NCBI GenBank assembly: GCA_951406725.2
Contig: OX597822.1
Span: forward strand, 115,258,001-115,322,000
DNA from: Octopus vulgaris
Taxonomy: Eukaryota
Direction: 5' to 3'
DNA length: 64,000 nucleotides
How positions within the stretch are numbered: position 1 is the stretch's first letter; every line of letters starts with the position of its first letter. This document shows, piece by piece, positions 42,583-56,290 of the stretch. The position numbers were made by a program, and so were the translations under genes. The notes under the pieces were generated by a model. It searched no databases. It had not been told where the DNA came from and saw only the letters and a program-made list of their open reading frames with translations.

Positions 42583-44049
42583 GCCGTATATTTACTAAAT
42601 ATAAACATACATGAGTACCTATTCAAATTTGTCCTTAACCTAAATTCAACTATTACTAAATATATCAAGCACATGCCTTTGGTGTATATACGGGTATCTT
42701 TCAATTACATTTCTTCGTCATATGACCCCCCCCTAACCAACCCCCCTCACCGACAACTACACTATTTTCCAATTTGTTCTTCTCCTCTCCCCTCATTAGT
42801 GCATTAAGCCATACTTATCTGCACGGTTTCGCCTGCTTTGAATTATTTCGTAAATAAATTTTCAATGCCTTCCTTTAGCGTTTGAAAAAGCCGTGGCCAA
42901 TGTAAAACTTATAAGTAACTATCAATTTGCTTTTATTATTACATAAAAAAATAATTTAACGCTACACCATCCGAACTTGCACCTCATCATTTGTCGTCTT
43001 TTCCTGCATCCCACATATACACTATTGTATAGTTTTTATGTCTTATCTTTGTTGTAAAAATGAAATACTTTCATTCTTTCTTCTGTCTTTGTCACTAAAA
43101 CTTCACCTCATATTTTTCACATCCTTTGTCCTTTTCCTTCCCTCTCTGCCTCTCGCTTTCTCTCTCGTTTTTATTTCTTTCTCTCTCACTCTCTCTCTTT
43201 CTCTCTCTCACTCTGTCTCTCTCAACTGTATCTATTATTGACACCCTTAGAGTTAACAGTCTCATCTTCAGACGTCAAAACCGAGACACTCCATAGATGG
43301 ATAGCTGATGTAGGATTCATTTCATTTATTCCGTCAGATATGTGTTCACACTGTTAGTGCCTAATTCTATGAGTGCACGCGCGCGTGTGTGCGTGCGTGC
43401 GCGTGCGTGTGTGTATATGTATACACCTATACATGTATATTTATATAAACACTGTCAATGTACAGGAAATCATGGTCAGCCACGACCCACAGAGGAGTAG
43501 TTCGCATATTAGTAATGGTGAACTGGAAAAACAATTGCGCAATACAATTCGTAGTGTACAACTACTTTAGTTGGCTGAATCCATTAGCAGTCACAAGATG
43601 CTTTCTGTGTATTCAAGTATCTTCAGACAGCAACCGTAACAGAACAAAAGAGTACCAGTCGAATACAAGGGAGTGCGGCAGAGCATCGCCCTGCCCATTA
43701 GTGAAACGACGTCGAATTAACAAGGTAGGAAATCAACCATTATGCAGTGAAAATGCGTTTAGATATTGAGGAAGCTTACAGCAAGTAAGAGATAAAGTAA
43801 ATGAATCAGTCTCGAAAATATATTGAATTTCAAGGCCAGCAATTTCGGGAGAAGGGCCAAGTCGATTACATTAACCTCCAGTGTGCAACTGGTACTTATT
43901 TTATCGATCCCGAAAGGATGAAAGGTAGAGTCGACCTCGGCGGAATTTGAACTCAGAATGTAAAGACGGACGAAATGCCGCTAAGCATTTTGCCCAGCGT
44001 GCTAAATGTTCTGCCAGCTCACCGCCATAATATCGTAAATATGTATATA

Positions 44050-44275
44050 TATTCCAAATGTGACCGCGTGTGTACCGTTGGCGATTTTTTTTCGTCCGTC
44101 TTCCCTTCTTTGGATCTTTCCTTTTCCTATGTTTCTGACGAAGAGCTCCGCTCGAAACGTTAAATCCTCCTTCTTTCCTTCTTTCCTGAGCGTCCAATAA
44201 CAGTATAATTGTTCCACGTCCTCGCGTTGTTGTGTTTTCTCTTTGTGTTTTCATGTTTGGATTAACTATATACAT
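44050..44275 (+). mobile_element. PLE pseudo-LTR-like remnant
   Basis: Same layout as 22720-22880: hammerhead, CC.GAGCGTC.AA, T/G-rich tract, AACTATA terminus. Confidence 0.7.
44131..44165 (+). ncRNA. Minimal type I hammerhead motif, canonical core
   Basis: GUUU CUGACGA a GAGC ucc GCUC GAAA CG UU AAAU. Confidence 0.75.
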
Positions 44276-44313
44276 ATATAATCAAAATAAGCAACAAGTA
44301 TATCCGAGGTAAT

Positions 44314-44374
44314 GTGCTACGATCGTTTCATGCTACTTCATTTTATTAAACACTGTAAGCATTACATCAGTTTT
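44314..44374 (-). ncRNA. Degenerate hammerhead motif
   Basis: Minus strand: CUGAUGuA AUGCUuAC...GUAGCAU GAAA CGAUCG UA. Stems II and III present, stem I does not pair. Confidence 0.45.
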
Positions 44375-44829
44375 AAAATATCGAGCAATCTTCAGCCACC
44401 TTTAGAAATCTTGCAAATAACCGGACAATGCACATTCTTGTCCCTAATTCATTTGCCAACATTATAAAGAGGGTAGATATATTTAATATTATATATATAA
44501 ATAATATAACGTATACACATGTACACATGCACACACCAACATATACACATACACCATACATTCATACATTCATACATTCATACAGACAGACAGACAGACA
44601 GACTGATGTTTACCAATTAAGTATATGTTCGCATGTCTAGACATGCAAATATATACTCGCGAATATGCATGTAAATATACATTGCACACCTAGCTGAGTT
44701 AATCAACCTTGCTGCCTGTATGTATGTATGTGTGTATGTATCGTAAATATCAATACGATACTATATAGGTTGAATAGTGTACACGGCACTAAAGAGAGTA
44801 TTTTTTATGAGAGTAGTGTTGATCTAGAG

Positions 44830-45120
44830 GTTAACTAAATGAATAACTGGTTATGTGGGATTACACTTAGAAAGTTCTCCACCGAGGCACAAGTTAGAGC
44901 AAGGTTGTTTATGGAAGACCAGCAGTCACCCATTGCATACCAGCCTCTCCTCTCTACGCCACTGGTGAATTCCAAGAGAAAAGCAAAAACCAATACAGCT
45001 TGACGCCAGTGATGTCGCAACTCATTTCTACAGCTGAGTGAACTGGAGCAACGTGAAATAGAGAGTCTTGCTCAAGAACACAACACATAGCCCGGTCCGG
45101 GAATCGAACTCACTACTTCA
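44830..45120 (-). mobile_element. SINE family C copy
   Basis: Reverse complement resembles 27627-27950. Confidence 0.8.
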
Positions 45121-47537
45121 ATGAAATGAAATAGCAAATAACTAAGATAGGTTGAGTTATAATTGAATAGTGACTAAGGGTGATATGTTGTTGATGTATA
45201 TTGCATTTCGAAAGGAACATGAGATAGGGATATATTAGGGTATATATAAAAGGTAACGATATTCCAGACTTGATGTCTCATTTTGTTAAGTCCAAGATAA
45301 CTTTATTCAAAGGGTCCTTCCGTTTTGTTTTCTGAAGGATTGATATGTGCGACCTAAGGGCTATTAGAATGATATTTCTAGAAGCTTGACTGACCGTAGA
45401 GGCTTCCCTTTTTGTATGAAGGTCGTGGTGTTAAACAAGGGGATATATTAACCCAAAAATACTAGATTATTTAATCCGACTCTCAAACGTTTCTGTTATG
45501 CCGTTGAACTTAACTGCTGATATAAACGCAGACTCCTTCTATTGAAAAGATGGTTAATTTCTAACTGATACCAATTAGAAGGTGGCCAACTGACAGAATT
45601 ATTTGCATAGCGGCAGCATGCTTAGTGGCATTTCTCCCGGTTTTACGCTCTGGCCCAAATTTCTTAGGGGCCACATTTCTCAGGAGTTGACTTTGCCTTT
45701 CATCCTTTCAGAGTTTATAAAATAAGTATCAGTTGAGTATTGGGGGTCGATGTAATCGAATAACTCGTTCCCCCTAATTTCAGACATTGTGCCTATAGTA
45801 AAAAGAAAGAATTAGAAGGTGGACGCAGATGCGACCGATTGAATGGAGGTAAGTATATTACAACTCCTAACTCACGGGCCTTGCTAATTACTTCTACTCT
45901 TAGCACAAGGCCTTGAAATTTTTTGGGGGAAGGGGGCTAGTCGATTATGTCGTCCCCAGTGTGTAACTGGTACTTATTTCATCGACCCCAAAAGGATGAA
46001 ACGCAAAGTCAACCTCGGTGGAATTTGAGCTCAGAATGTAGCCGCAGACGAAATACGCTAAGCACTTTACTCGGCCTGCAAACGATTCTACGGGCTCGCC
46101 ACCTTTCTCAGTCCTTAATAATAGTAATAATATTATTACGTATCATAGTTCGTGTTGTTGATGTTGCTGTTGTTATTGTTTAGATATCTTGGGAATCATA
46201 ATTTACATGTGTCACGCTGAATGATAGCCAAACTGATCGAGAAACAATGGATCCTCACCGGCAGCTTCTTTGAATACCCTGTGGACCGAAAGTACAGTCT
46301 CTCTGTTGTCACCTTGTATTCCTTACATTTCCTCTTCTTTTTCTTTCTTTCCCAATACAGGTTAGCAACCAAACTAATTTTATTCAGTGCTGCTATTGCT
46401 TGCAACAATTAAATTGCATCTCTCTCGATATATATTTTAGTCTGAATGTAGATTTATTCTTGATATAAGGTTTGTTTCTCTTTCCCCTCCCATAATTTAT
46501 TGTAAAACCTGAGACCAAAAGAATGTGTAAATTTTATTCATCCCAATACTACCAACTATCAAAATACCCTCTTTAAGTCGTTCAGGTAAATTTAGGTCTA
46601 TTATGCTGAAGTACCCGCGGTGCAGGTGTAAGCATTTTGTAGAAGAGTAATTCTACAAAATGGTTTCACCTTCAACTAATTAACCAACAATTAAGTCCTT
46701 TATTTCCATGACAACGCTAAGTATCATTGCAGTAACCAAATCCGCTCACTCATCCCTTTCCTCTCCACCATATAATTTCGTTTAATGTTGATAAATTGAA
46801 ATTTTTGTGAGTTCTTTCCCTTACTCTTTGTAAGCAAAAGTGTTCATTGTCGCTAATTAATTGTTTTTCTTATAACGGTTATAATTACAATTGATTAAAG
46901 AATTATTTTCAGTTCATAAAATCAAGTGTGGTAACCTGCGCTTAATTTTATATTCTTCAAGACACTTTGCGAGGTTAATTTTCATTAACGCTAATAAATT
47001 TCCTTTTCATTGCGATTATAATTTCAATTAATTAAACACTTATCTTCATCTCAGTCAAGTATAATAGCCTGTATTTGACTATATTGGCTTTTATAGTCTG
47101 GATAAACATTTACCTTTTAATCCAGTATTTATTTTCGCATCTCACAAAACATTGCAACTTACCCGCTCTAACAATTTTCCCAGTCGTGTTAACCTAGATT
47201 CGGGTTAGTAGGATGACCTTGAGGTTCAGCTCCAGAAAGCTGTCAATGAAACTACATTAGTGATGATGTTTCAAGACATTTCACAATAGTTATACAGTTT
47301 GTATAGTTATTGTCCTCGAAAAGCTCATGGAGGTCACTTCTTTTCCTCTCAATAAACCTGATAACTTGAATCAAATATTGTAATATGACGTAGTGGTTAT
47401 GAGCGTGGACTACTAACCACATGATTCCGAGTTCAATTCTAAGCAGTGACTTGAACAACAACAACAACAATATTATCGAGGCCGCAGCTTCGATTACAAC
47501 CTATCAATATACTGCATATTTAAGGATTGATAAACAC

Positions 47538-47627
<90 letters not shown>

Positions 47628-47939
47628 CGACAGACAGAGAGAGAGAGAGACATAGATAAATGTCGGAGATAAAATGCTGCTGTGATCGACTTTGCCTTTC
47701 ATTCTTTCGGGGTCGATAAAATAAGTACCAGTTGAGTATAATATACATGTGTCTGTGTTTATGTGTGTGTGTGAGAGAGAGAGAGAGAGAGGAAGAGAGA
47801 GGAAGAGAGGGAGAGATACACACAGACAGACAGATTGAAATAGAGTGAATCTCCAATTGTTGAGTGGTTAACAGGTTTTTATCCCTAAGCTGGGATTATC
47901 TGGTCGACAACACTGCTTCAATATTCAGTAAATATTTAA

Positions 47940-48169
47940 TGACTGAAAAGTACGACCGTCAATACAAGCGCCGAAATAAGGTTCCTCCAAGGAATCTCTA
48001 GATCAACGTTCTTCAACGGACTGCTTAGCGGGAAGGTCAAGGGATTTCTCCAGTTCGAGCTGCTACTTCTCTGCATTGAGAGGTCACAGGTCTGGTACTA
48101 CGGACACCTAATTGGAGTATCCCAGAAGAGAATAACGAGATTAGTTCTTCAAGCCGAGCCAAATGGCCT

Positions 48170-48170
<1 letters not shown>
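47940..48170 (+). mobile_element. RTE-clade (Rex3/Expander-like) LINE fragment
   Basis: Translates to IQA/EIRFLQGISRST...FELLLLCIERSQVWYYGHLIGVSQKRITRLVLQAEPNG, matching the QAAEM.FL...LLL.IERSQLRW.GHL pattern. Confidence 0.75.
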
Positions 48171-48234
<64 letters not shown>

Positions 48235-48236
<2 letters not shown>

Positions 48237-48430
48237 AGTTCAAATTAACAGAAAACAGAAGATGAAGATAAGTGTGGGAACAACGAGCAGGTGTATTAGT
48301 TTAGCTCTCGGGAAGAATGGAAAAGTCTTTTACGTTTCGAACCAACGTTCTGCGATAGAAAGGATTAAGTGGATAAAGAGCGGAGAGAGAATGAAAAAGA
48401 AAAAAAAAACGAGCAAGAAATGTGAAGAAC
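48235..48430 (-). mobile_element. PLE pseudo-LTR-like remnant with decayed hammerhead (48327-48362)
   Basis: Minus strand: CUUU CUAUCGC a GAAC guug GUUC GAAA CG UA AAAG. Flanks homologous to 22720-22880. Confidence 0.7.
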
Positions 48431-48482
<52 letters not shown>

Positions 48483-48619
48483 GCACGCACACACACACAC
48501 ACGCACACATAATCGTACAACCATTCTTACATTAGACGCTCGCATAGAATGTTTAGCTCGGCACATAATCCTTTTATTACCATGAAAGGCCATACGATAT
48601 CTTTAAAAATCTGAAGTTC

Positions 48620-49500
48620 AGATTTACAGCTTAGTAAATTTGATCATTAGTGAATTAGATAGACTTATTAAAAATATTGCAGTCAATTATTTTTCATATC
48701 AAGTAAGCAACTATCATAGCATTATATAATAATTACACTTTGGGAATCAAGTGATTTAACAGCGTAGTTAATAAATTTTAGTGCAATTTTACACAGTAAG
48801 TTGGATTTTTTTTCAACTGTATCTAAATCGTTACTCCAAAAAACTTTAGAAATTGGAAAGCAATTTACCCCATCAAGTATCTTCGAGATTAACATCATCG
48901 TACATGCGAGAACAATTTCTATGCTTTTCAAAGGTTCTAACGGGGCATTGGAATAAAGGTAACTGGTCGACATTTTTACGGGGAAGTTTGATAGCACTGA
49001 GATAATTGAATTGATAGGGTTGTATATCCGAGGTTTATTACGTAAGAGATTCTACTATATGATTGACTTTGGTTTATACAGACACTGTGACGATTTTATT
49101 TTCCATAAATGACTTGATTATTTAGTTAGAAAAATCCTTATCAACATTTTCAAAGCATTTGATCAAAAAGTTAATGTTGAACCTAATTTTAAGTATTGTG
49201 AGCAATTTAGGTTTAAACACTAAAATTATAAAGGAATGTGAAATATATTACTGAAAATTGAATTCGCCCTCCCATAATCTTTAAAAATTTAGTAGGTTAT
49301 AACCGACAGAATTTCAAGAATCTTTGCCGATTAAAATTCATTAAAAGCATTACCATTTATTATATTCCTTCAAAGACGTGATTAATGCTGGTATATAGAA
49401 TATACCAAATAATTCTATCGCCTTAACACGAAACAACAGACAAAGGAAGACCGAACGACGTAATCACTTCTGTAATCGCAAAACCTTAACTAACATCGTA
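48620..49500 (+). mobile_element. Highly decayed PLE reverse transcriptase region
   Basis: From about 48980: GKFDSTEIIELIGLYIRGLL...DFGLYRHCD, resembling the PLE motif MGS.DGAE.CELVGLYIL...GLYRDD. Downstream PPIIFKNL / ITDRISR. Boundaries approximate. Confidence 0.65.
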
Positions 49501-50825
49501 AGAATTTAATCCAACTCCTGAGTATTTCCCGCCAGAACACAGATGTGAGAAACATTTTAATAAGAAGAATTTTATAGTTAGTTGTGCTATTAATTTTGCT
49601 GCCTTTATAGCTCAAGTAAACTGTAGGAATATTCTATGGAAGGTTGCATTTACAGCAAGCCACCGTATGATACTCGGCGATGCTGTTATGTTGACTTCGC
49701 CCTTTGTTTTCTTAACGGTGCCTGTCTTTCCTAGGTTTTAGTAAATATAATCAATGATAACACCGTGAACAATATTGAAGTCCTACATAAGTTTCACAGA
49801 GCATCTATTTGAGAGAAAGACCCAGCTAATGAACACTTTCTGATACTCAGAAATAAATGAAAACAGACTAATTACATCGTTCTCAATGTATATACAGAAT
49901 CTTAAAACATGTTGGAATCTTAGAAATAAAGTGGGCTCTGCTGGAAAACACAGCTGCATAAAACAATGTAGTTTTTTTTGTTTTGTTGTTATTGTTTTTT
50001 TTTAATGCGAATTTTACTTTATAGAGAAATACATTAACTTGATGGTAACCGCCTTCTTTGTTAATTTTTTAAAAAATCTGAGCACGTGTGTATGTATATT
50101 TCTTTCTTGTGGATTGTTAAACCCTCAATAACACGTATCATTTAAACACTCGTATTGTCGTCGTAACGTCGGGGTGGCGTACAAATTTTATAGCATTTGT
50201 TTTTGTATAGAAACGAGTTTTTTATAACTTTTATATCGTTTCTGGTTTATTAACCAAATGCTATAATAAAATGTCGTTTACATTCATACGTTCGTGGACA
50301 AAATTCGATTTAAGAGAAATCTTAGCGGTAGCTAGCATCTTACCATGTACAGGCTTCCTTTTCATGAGACATGTGGCGAAAGCAGAATCATCATCAGCAT
50401 TTCCATTTCTCTTATTTATTGCTGACTATATTTTTGTTTATATTTTTTAAGTTTTCTTTGTCACTTCATCTATTTTATTTTCTTGTATCTCTCTTTATTC
50501 TGCCATTTAATTCACCATCTCATATTCTCATTTTTACTTACTTTTTCAAAAAAAAAAAAAACTGTCGAAAATTTTCCTTTGTATGTTTTTTTTAAATTTT
50601 TTTTTATTTTTCCCCAATAGGATTTTCAGCAATCTTTTAAATGGTTATTTTTGGGGGTTTTTTTCTGTTGTTGTTTCTTTATTTTTGTTGTTTGTTTCTT
50701 TGTTTTACCAGCTTATTTCATAAAGCCAAATGTAGCGCAAATTTTACAAATGCTCGAGGATTGAAACTAGACGATAATATTCGTAACTTGCAAAGTTCAG
50801 ATTAAAATAATATGCATATGTATAA

Positions 50826-50870
<45 letters not shown>

Positions 50871-50984
50871 CGCATGTGTGTTTGTATGTATGTAAGAATA
50901 TATGTACATATGCATGTTTGTAAGTATATACATAAACACATATGTATTCGGGTACATTACATATACATTTTATTTGTCATAACA

Positions 50985-51241
50985 GTATAGTAGTAGCAGC
51001 AGCAACAGTAGTAACAGTAGTAGTTGCAGTAGCAGCAATTATAATAGTAGTAGTAGTAGTAGTAGTAGGTGGTGGTGGTGGTGGTGGTGGTGGTGGTGGT
51101 GGTGGTGGTAGTAGTAGTGGTGGTGGTGGTAGTAGTAGTAGTAGTGGTGGTGGTGGTGGTGGTGGTAGTAATAGTAGTAGTAGTAGTAGTAGTAGTGGTA
51201 GTGGTAGTGGTAGTAGTAGTAGTAGTAGTAGTAGTGGGGGC

Positions 51242-51285
<44 letters not shown>

Positions 51286-51293
51286 TGGTAGTG

Positions 51294-51324
<31 letters not shown>

Positions 51325-51365
51325 GGGCGGTGGTGGTAGTAGTAGTAGTAGTAGTTGTAGTAGTT

Positions 51366-51400
<35 letters not shown>

Positions 51401-51520
51401 GGTAGTGGTGGTGGTGGTAGTGGTGGTAGTAGTAGTAGTAGTAGTGGTGGTGGTGGTGGTAGTAGTAGTAGTAGCGGTAGTAGTGGTAGTAGTGGTAGTA
51501 GTAGTAGTAGTAGTAGTAGT
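50985..51520. repeat. Long compound (AGT)n/(GGT)n trinucleotide repeat
   Basis: Direct reading; explains the poly-S/G, poly-V and poly-Y/H ORFs. Confidence 0.97.
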
Positions 51521-52095
51521 AATATATTGATGACCATCTCAAATGTGCTAGGTCCATGTGATTCTCGATAGCGACCTGGCACATATCTTGCTATCCTCAT
51601 ATTACATGAACCTCAGCCAAGGCGCAGACGTGGCCGCGTGGCCAAGAGGTTCGCATCATAATCACATCGTCTTTAAATCCATGGCACTGCGTCGCACCCG
51701 CTCGATCAGCTGTCTCCTACAACGTCCTCTATTTGCTTAATTTACACATGCACACACACATATGCATGTATGTATATGTGGATCAAAGCGGTTTGAATCA
51801 AATTCGTTGGTACTCCTGAGTTTCGAGCGTGATGCTAGTCGTCAGCCATTAAATTAATATAAACAGCAGATTGCAATGTTTCGCCAAAAAGGAGAAATAT
51901 AATTGTCACTAAATGTGACTGGGGTGTTAGGCAACACCTAAATTGCTAGAAATAAGAGCTAAAATGCTTACTTAAGCACTAATGCTTACTTAACGCACAT
52001 GAATGAAAATATGGACACTGACAGGGACCATAACTGTCCGAAAAAATTAAGAATTCTTGGTCAGCATTTTTGGTATCAGTTACTGTATATGTTAT

Positions 52096-52133
<38 letters not shown>

Positions 52134-52178
52134 CACACACACACACGCACACACACACACGCACACACACGCACACAC

Positions 52179-52217
<39 letters not shown>

Positions 52218-52530
52218 GGTGCAGGAGTGACTGAGTGGTAAGAAGCTTCCTTCCCACATACATGGTTCCGGGTTCAGTCCCACTGCGTGGCACCTTGGGC
52301 AAGTGCCTTCTACTATAGCCTCGGGCCGACCAAAGCCTTGTGAGTGGATTTGGTAGATGGAAACTGAAAGAAGCCTGTCGTATATGCATATATATGTATA
52401 TACTTGTGTGTCTGTTTGTTCCCCTACCATCGCTTAACAGCCGATGTTGGTGTGATTATGTCCCCGTAACAAAATTCACCGATAGAATAAATACTATGCT
52501 TACATAGAATAAGTCATGGGATTGATTTGT
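52218..52530 (+). mobile_element. SINE family B copy
   Basis: Similar to other family B copies. Confidence 0.88.
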
Positions 52531-53274
52531 ATATGTATATGTGCGGATATGTTTAGGTGTATGTGTGCGTATGTGCGCGCGCGAGTATGTTTCTTATGGA
52601 TTCGAAAACTGAGTTACTGATTTTGACGTATGAGGGATCAAAAGATTCAATAATCTTTCGGCTACCAAGTCAATTATGTGTTTTGTACAACAACTTTTTT
52701 TTACTGCAAAACTCACCTCGAAAACGAGGTCAGGTCGCATAATTTTGCTAAGGGAAGCAACTCTGTCTGAACAATCTTTGTTTTACCAAGGAATGAAACT
52801 TCGAAGTAATTTAGTAGATAATATTTTAATGTGAACTATGTTTGTCTGTGTTTTATTTAGCCCATGGTTGCCTCTGATGTAGCAAACCCATCGCTACGAT
52901 TTTTGTGTTTTTTTCTTCCTGAAATACTGTAAATCTGTGTCTTTCTTTTGATGGAATGTTGTGTTTTAAGAGAGATTTGGCTGCTATTTGTTGTAGCTCA
53001 AGTTACCACAGACATATCTGTGTGTGCGTGTGTGTCTGGGAGGTGTATTGTGGTAAAAAGAAATATTTTTTCTCAAAATATTTTGTACAATTTAAAAAAA
53101 AATCTGGACATCTTTCTTACTGCTAACCATTCAACTTCAAATTACAATTGTTAATTGTTGGAAGTCAAGCAGACTGAGATCTACATATAGTGTTATCGTT
53201 TAGAGCGGAAGTTCAATAGGAAGGGTTCAAATCATTAAGTTGTGGTTAGTAATCCATTGCCTTACATTTGAAGC

Positions 53275-53812
53275 CATTAAGCATTTTGGGTTTAGTCTTT
53301 CGACTGTCGCCATGATGGGGTGTCACCTTCAAAAGTTTAATTGATCTCAGTACGTATTTCAATTTGGAAATTTATTTTGTAGACGTCTACTTCAAGAACT
53401 GCTAACTTTGAGACATAGTGGGACATAGTACTCGGTTTAACAACAAATGTAAAGCTACACACACACACACACACACACAACTACACACTCACATTCATTA
53501 GGTACAAGAATGACTGTGTGGTTGAGAAGTTTGCTTCCCAACCACATGGTTCCACGTTCGGTCCCTCTGCATGGTACCTTGGACAAGTGTTTTTTACTAT
53601 AGCCCTAGGCCAACCACAGACTTGTGACTGAATTTGGTAGACGGAAAATGCAGCGTTGTTCATCAGAAAATAACCGAAAAACATGTTTATAAAGAAGAGT
53701 TGTTTGCTGCATATTCCTCGTGTGCCGATTCTGCCCATAAGAAAGGAATAAATAATACAATGTGGCCGTAGGTCGTAACATCCGGGCAACGCCGGGGTGC
53801 ACTGCAAGTCGT
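53275..53812 (+). repeat. Second copy of the composite block, ending in a Helitron-like 3' terminus
   Basis: CCGGGCAACGCCGGG hairpin followed about 9 nt later by CAAG|T (CTAG-like). Confidence 0.75.
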
Positions 53813-54298
53813 ATATAAAATAAATACCAAAGTGGAGCAAGTACTGAGCTTGATGACAGAATAAAATGAGTGGAATGAGTGGAATGAGTAAAAGAATTTC
53901 GATTTAGTCCGACTGAATGAATTTAGATTCATTTAATGATTATTAAAATGAATTGCACGGAACGCAAAAGCAATTTAATTAGTTATTACAATGTCTGCAT
54001 AAAAAGAAATGTTTCAAAAACAAGTTTAAACATATTTATTAATTATGCAAGTCTCAATTTACATTAAATATATCCTGTATTTTATGATATATGAATGAGA
54101 CTTCAAGTAAGTTTGTTTACGGAAAGAAAATAACTTTAACAATGGATTTATGAGTTTCGTCAATATTTATTGCAAAGGAATTTTAGGGAAAAATATCCTC
54201 AAAATGCGCCTATTTTCCACTTAAGACAGTGTGGTCAAATATTTGCAAATTTTGCTTGTTTAAAATCATATTTAAAACGTCTGGCTAATTTTCTTTTA

Positions 54299-54600
54299 AT
54301 GGAGGCACATAGCCTAGTGGTTAGAGCAGCGGACTCGCGCTCGAGGGATCGCGGGTTCGAATCTCAGACTGGGCGATGTGTGTGTTTATGAGCGAAACAC
54401 CTGAGCTCCACGCGGCTCCGGCAGAAAGTAATGACGAACTTCTGCTGACTCTTTCGCCACAACTTTCTCTCACTCTTTCTTCCTGCATCTTGCAGCTCAC
54501 CTGCGACGGACCGGTGTCCCATCCAGATGGGGAACCTATATGCCAAGAAACCGGGAAACCGGCCCTAATGAGCCAGGCATGGCTCGAGAAGGAACAAACA
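54299..54600 (+). mobile_element. tRNA-derived SINE (family C-related)
   Basis: A-box TAGCCTAGTGG, B-box GGTTCGAATCT, non-tRNA body and tail shared with about 25050-25145. Confidence 0.85.
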
Positions 54601-54665
54601 ATTTTCTTTTATTTTTTCTTTTACCTCATTTGTACAAGTGTTTTCTCCAGATGCATTCTTGCAAT

Positions 54666-54709
<44 letters not shown>

Positions 54710-55275
54710 AATCTCTCCCCCTCTCAATCTCCCCCCTCTAAATATATGTATATATATATAGATATATATCTTTCCTTTTTGTTCTCTCTTCTCACTGTCT
54801 CAGAAGATTGAATTAATTGTATGGTTAGTATTTGATTAAATGTACTCGCTCAAGTCCGTCTTCAGTTTCGTCTTTGCATTAAGTCATTTCCTTATAAGGA
54901 GTGATAGTTATTAATTACCGACTGAATATGATTTCTTCATCTCTCAATACCGAAGAAAGAGATTTGCTAGTCGCCGTTCATGTTTACCCAGGTAGAAAAT
55001 TATTTCTCCTTCTCGTCAGTGACTGTTTAGATGGTCTTCGTAACACAAAAACCATTTGTACCCGGAATTCTTTCGTTCCAGCAGACCAGTCAAGAAATTA
55101 TTGAAACAATCTTTGATGCATTTATCCGGAGCATTGTTCCATTCATTCATTGTCATGTATGTCAAGAATAGTGATCAGTCTTGCCACATCCGATCACGTT
55201 CCACTTCAATTGTTTATAAGTCGAACGAACGATCATCCTCTGTAAATCTTATCTGTAAAATCTTTAAATAATTTC

Positions 55276-55749
55276 ATCAAGTGCAAAATATTGGCACAAG
55301 GCCAGCAATTTTTTGGGTGGTGGGGAGTAAGTCGATTACATTGATCCCATTGATCAAAAGGTACTTAATTTATCGAGCCAGAAATGATGAAAGGGAAACT
55401 CGACCTCGGCGGATTTTGAACTCAAAACGTAAAGACGGACGAAATGCCTCTAAGCATTTTGCACGACGCGATAACGATTCTACCACATCGCCGCTTTTAA
55501 TCAAGTGCAAAATATTGGTCTGAAATTTTAGCACAAGACCAGCAATTTTGAGGGAGGAGTCAAGTAGATGATATCGACCCCACTACTCAATTGGTACTTA
55601 TTTTATCGACCCCGAAATGATGATAGTTTAAGTTGACCTCGGCCGAATTTGAACTCAGAACGTAAAAACGGACGAAATACTGCTAAGCATTTTACCCGAC
55701 GCGCTAACGACTCTTCCAGATCGCCACCTTTAATCAAGTGCAAAATATT
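55276..55749 (-). mobile_element. Two tandem SINE A copies bracketed by three identical 17-bp direct repeats
   Basis: ATCAAGTGCAAAATATT at 55276, 55500 and 55733. Confidence 0.85.
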
Positions 55750-55979
55750 ACAAGGGTTAACCACTTGACCTAAGGCAGTGCTTCTTAGTGAAGAGGGTCT
55801 GTGAGGATGGAAAAGGAGTGAACAAATAGCTATGTTTTATGAAAAACACAGTATAATGGAGTCAAGCTTTGTCCAACATCGTGGCAAAGAAAGAACAATG
55901 ATTTGGATACAAACTCTATTCTTCTCATTAATAAAAAGGGGGAAGTGGTAATAAATATTCACTAATATTTTCCTCTGGC

Positions 55980-56290
55980 TCTTCGTCGGTAACGACGACG
56001 AATGTTCCAGCTGATCCAATTAACGGAAGAGCCTGCTCGTGAAATTAGCGTGCAAGTGACTGAGCAATCCACAGACACGAGTACCTTTAACATAGTTCTC
56101 AGGGAGATTCAACGTGACACAGAGTGTGACAAGGCTGACCCTTTGAAATGCAGGTACAACTCATTTGTTGCCAACTGAGTAGACTGGAACAACGCGAAAT
56201 AAAGTGTCTTGCTCAAGGATACAATGCACTGTCGTTTATCGAACTCACGATCATGAGTTGAATACCCTAACCCCTAAGCCACATGTCTTC
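55980..56290 (-). mobile_element. SINE family C copy
   Basis: Reverse complement of the 4660-4970 type. Confidence 0.8.

Noticed and set aside
50942-51600. Long ORFs (poly-Ser/Gly, poly-Leu/Pro, poly-Val, poly-Tyr/His)
   Set aside because: Translations of an (AGT)/(GGT) microsatellite that is open in several frames; no domain or splice support.
54299-54375. tRNA-like sequence with A and B boxes
   Set aside because: No proper acceptor stem, and it continues into a repeated SINE body: a SINE head, not a tRNA gene.
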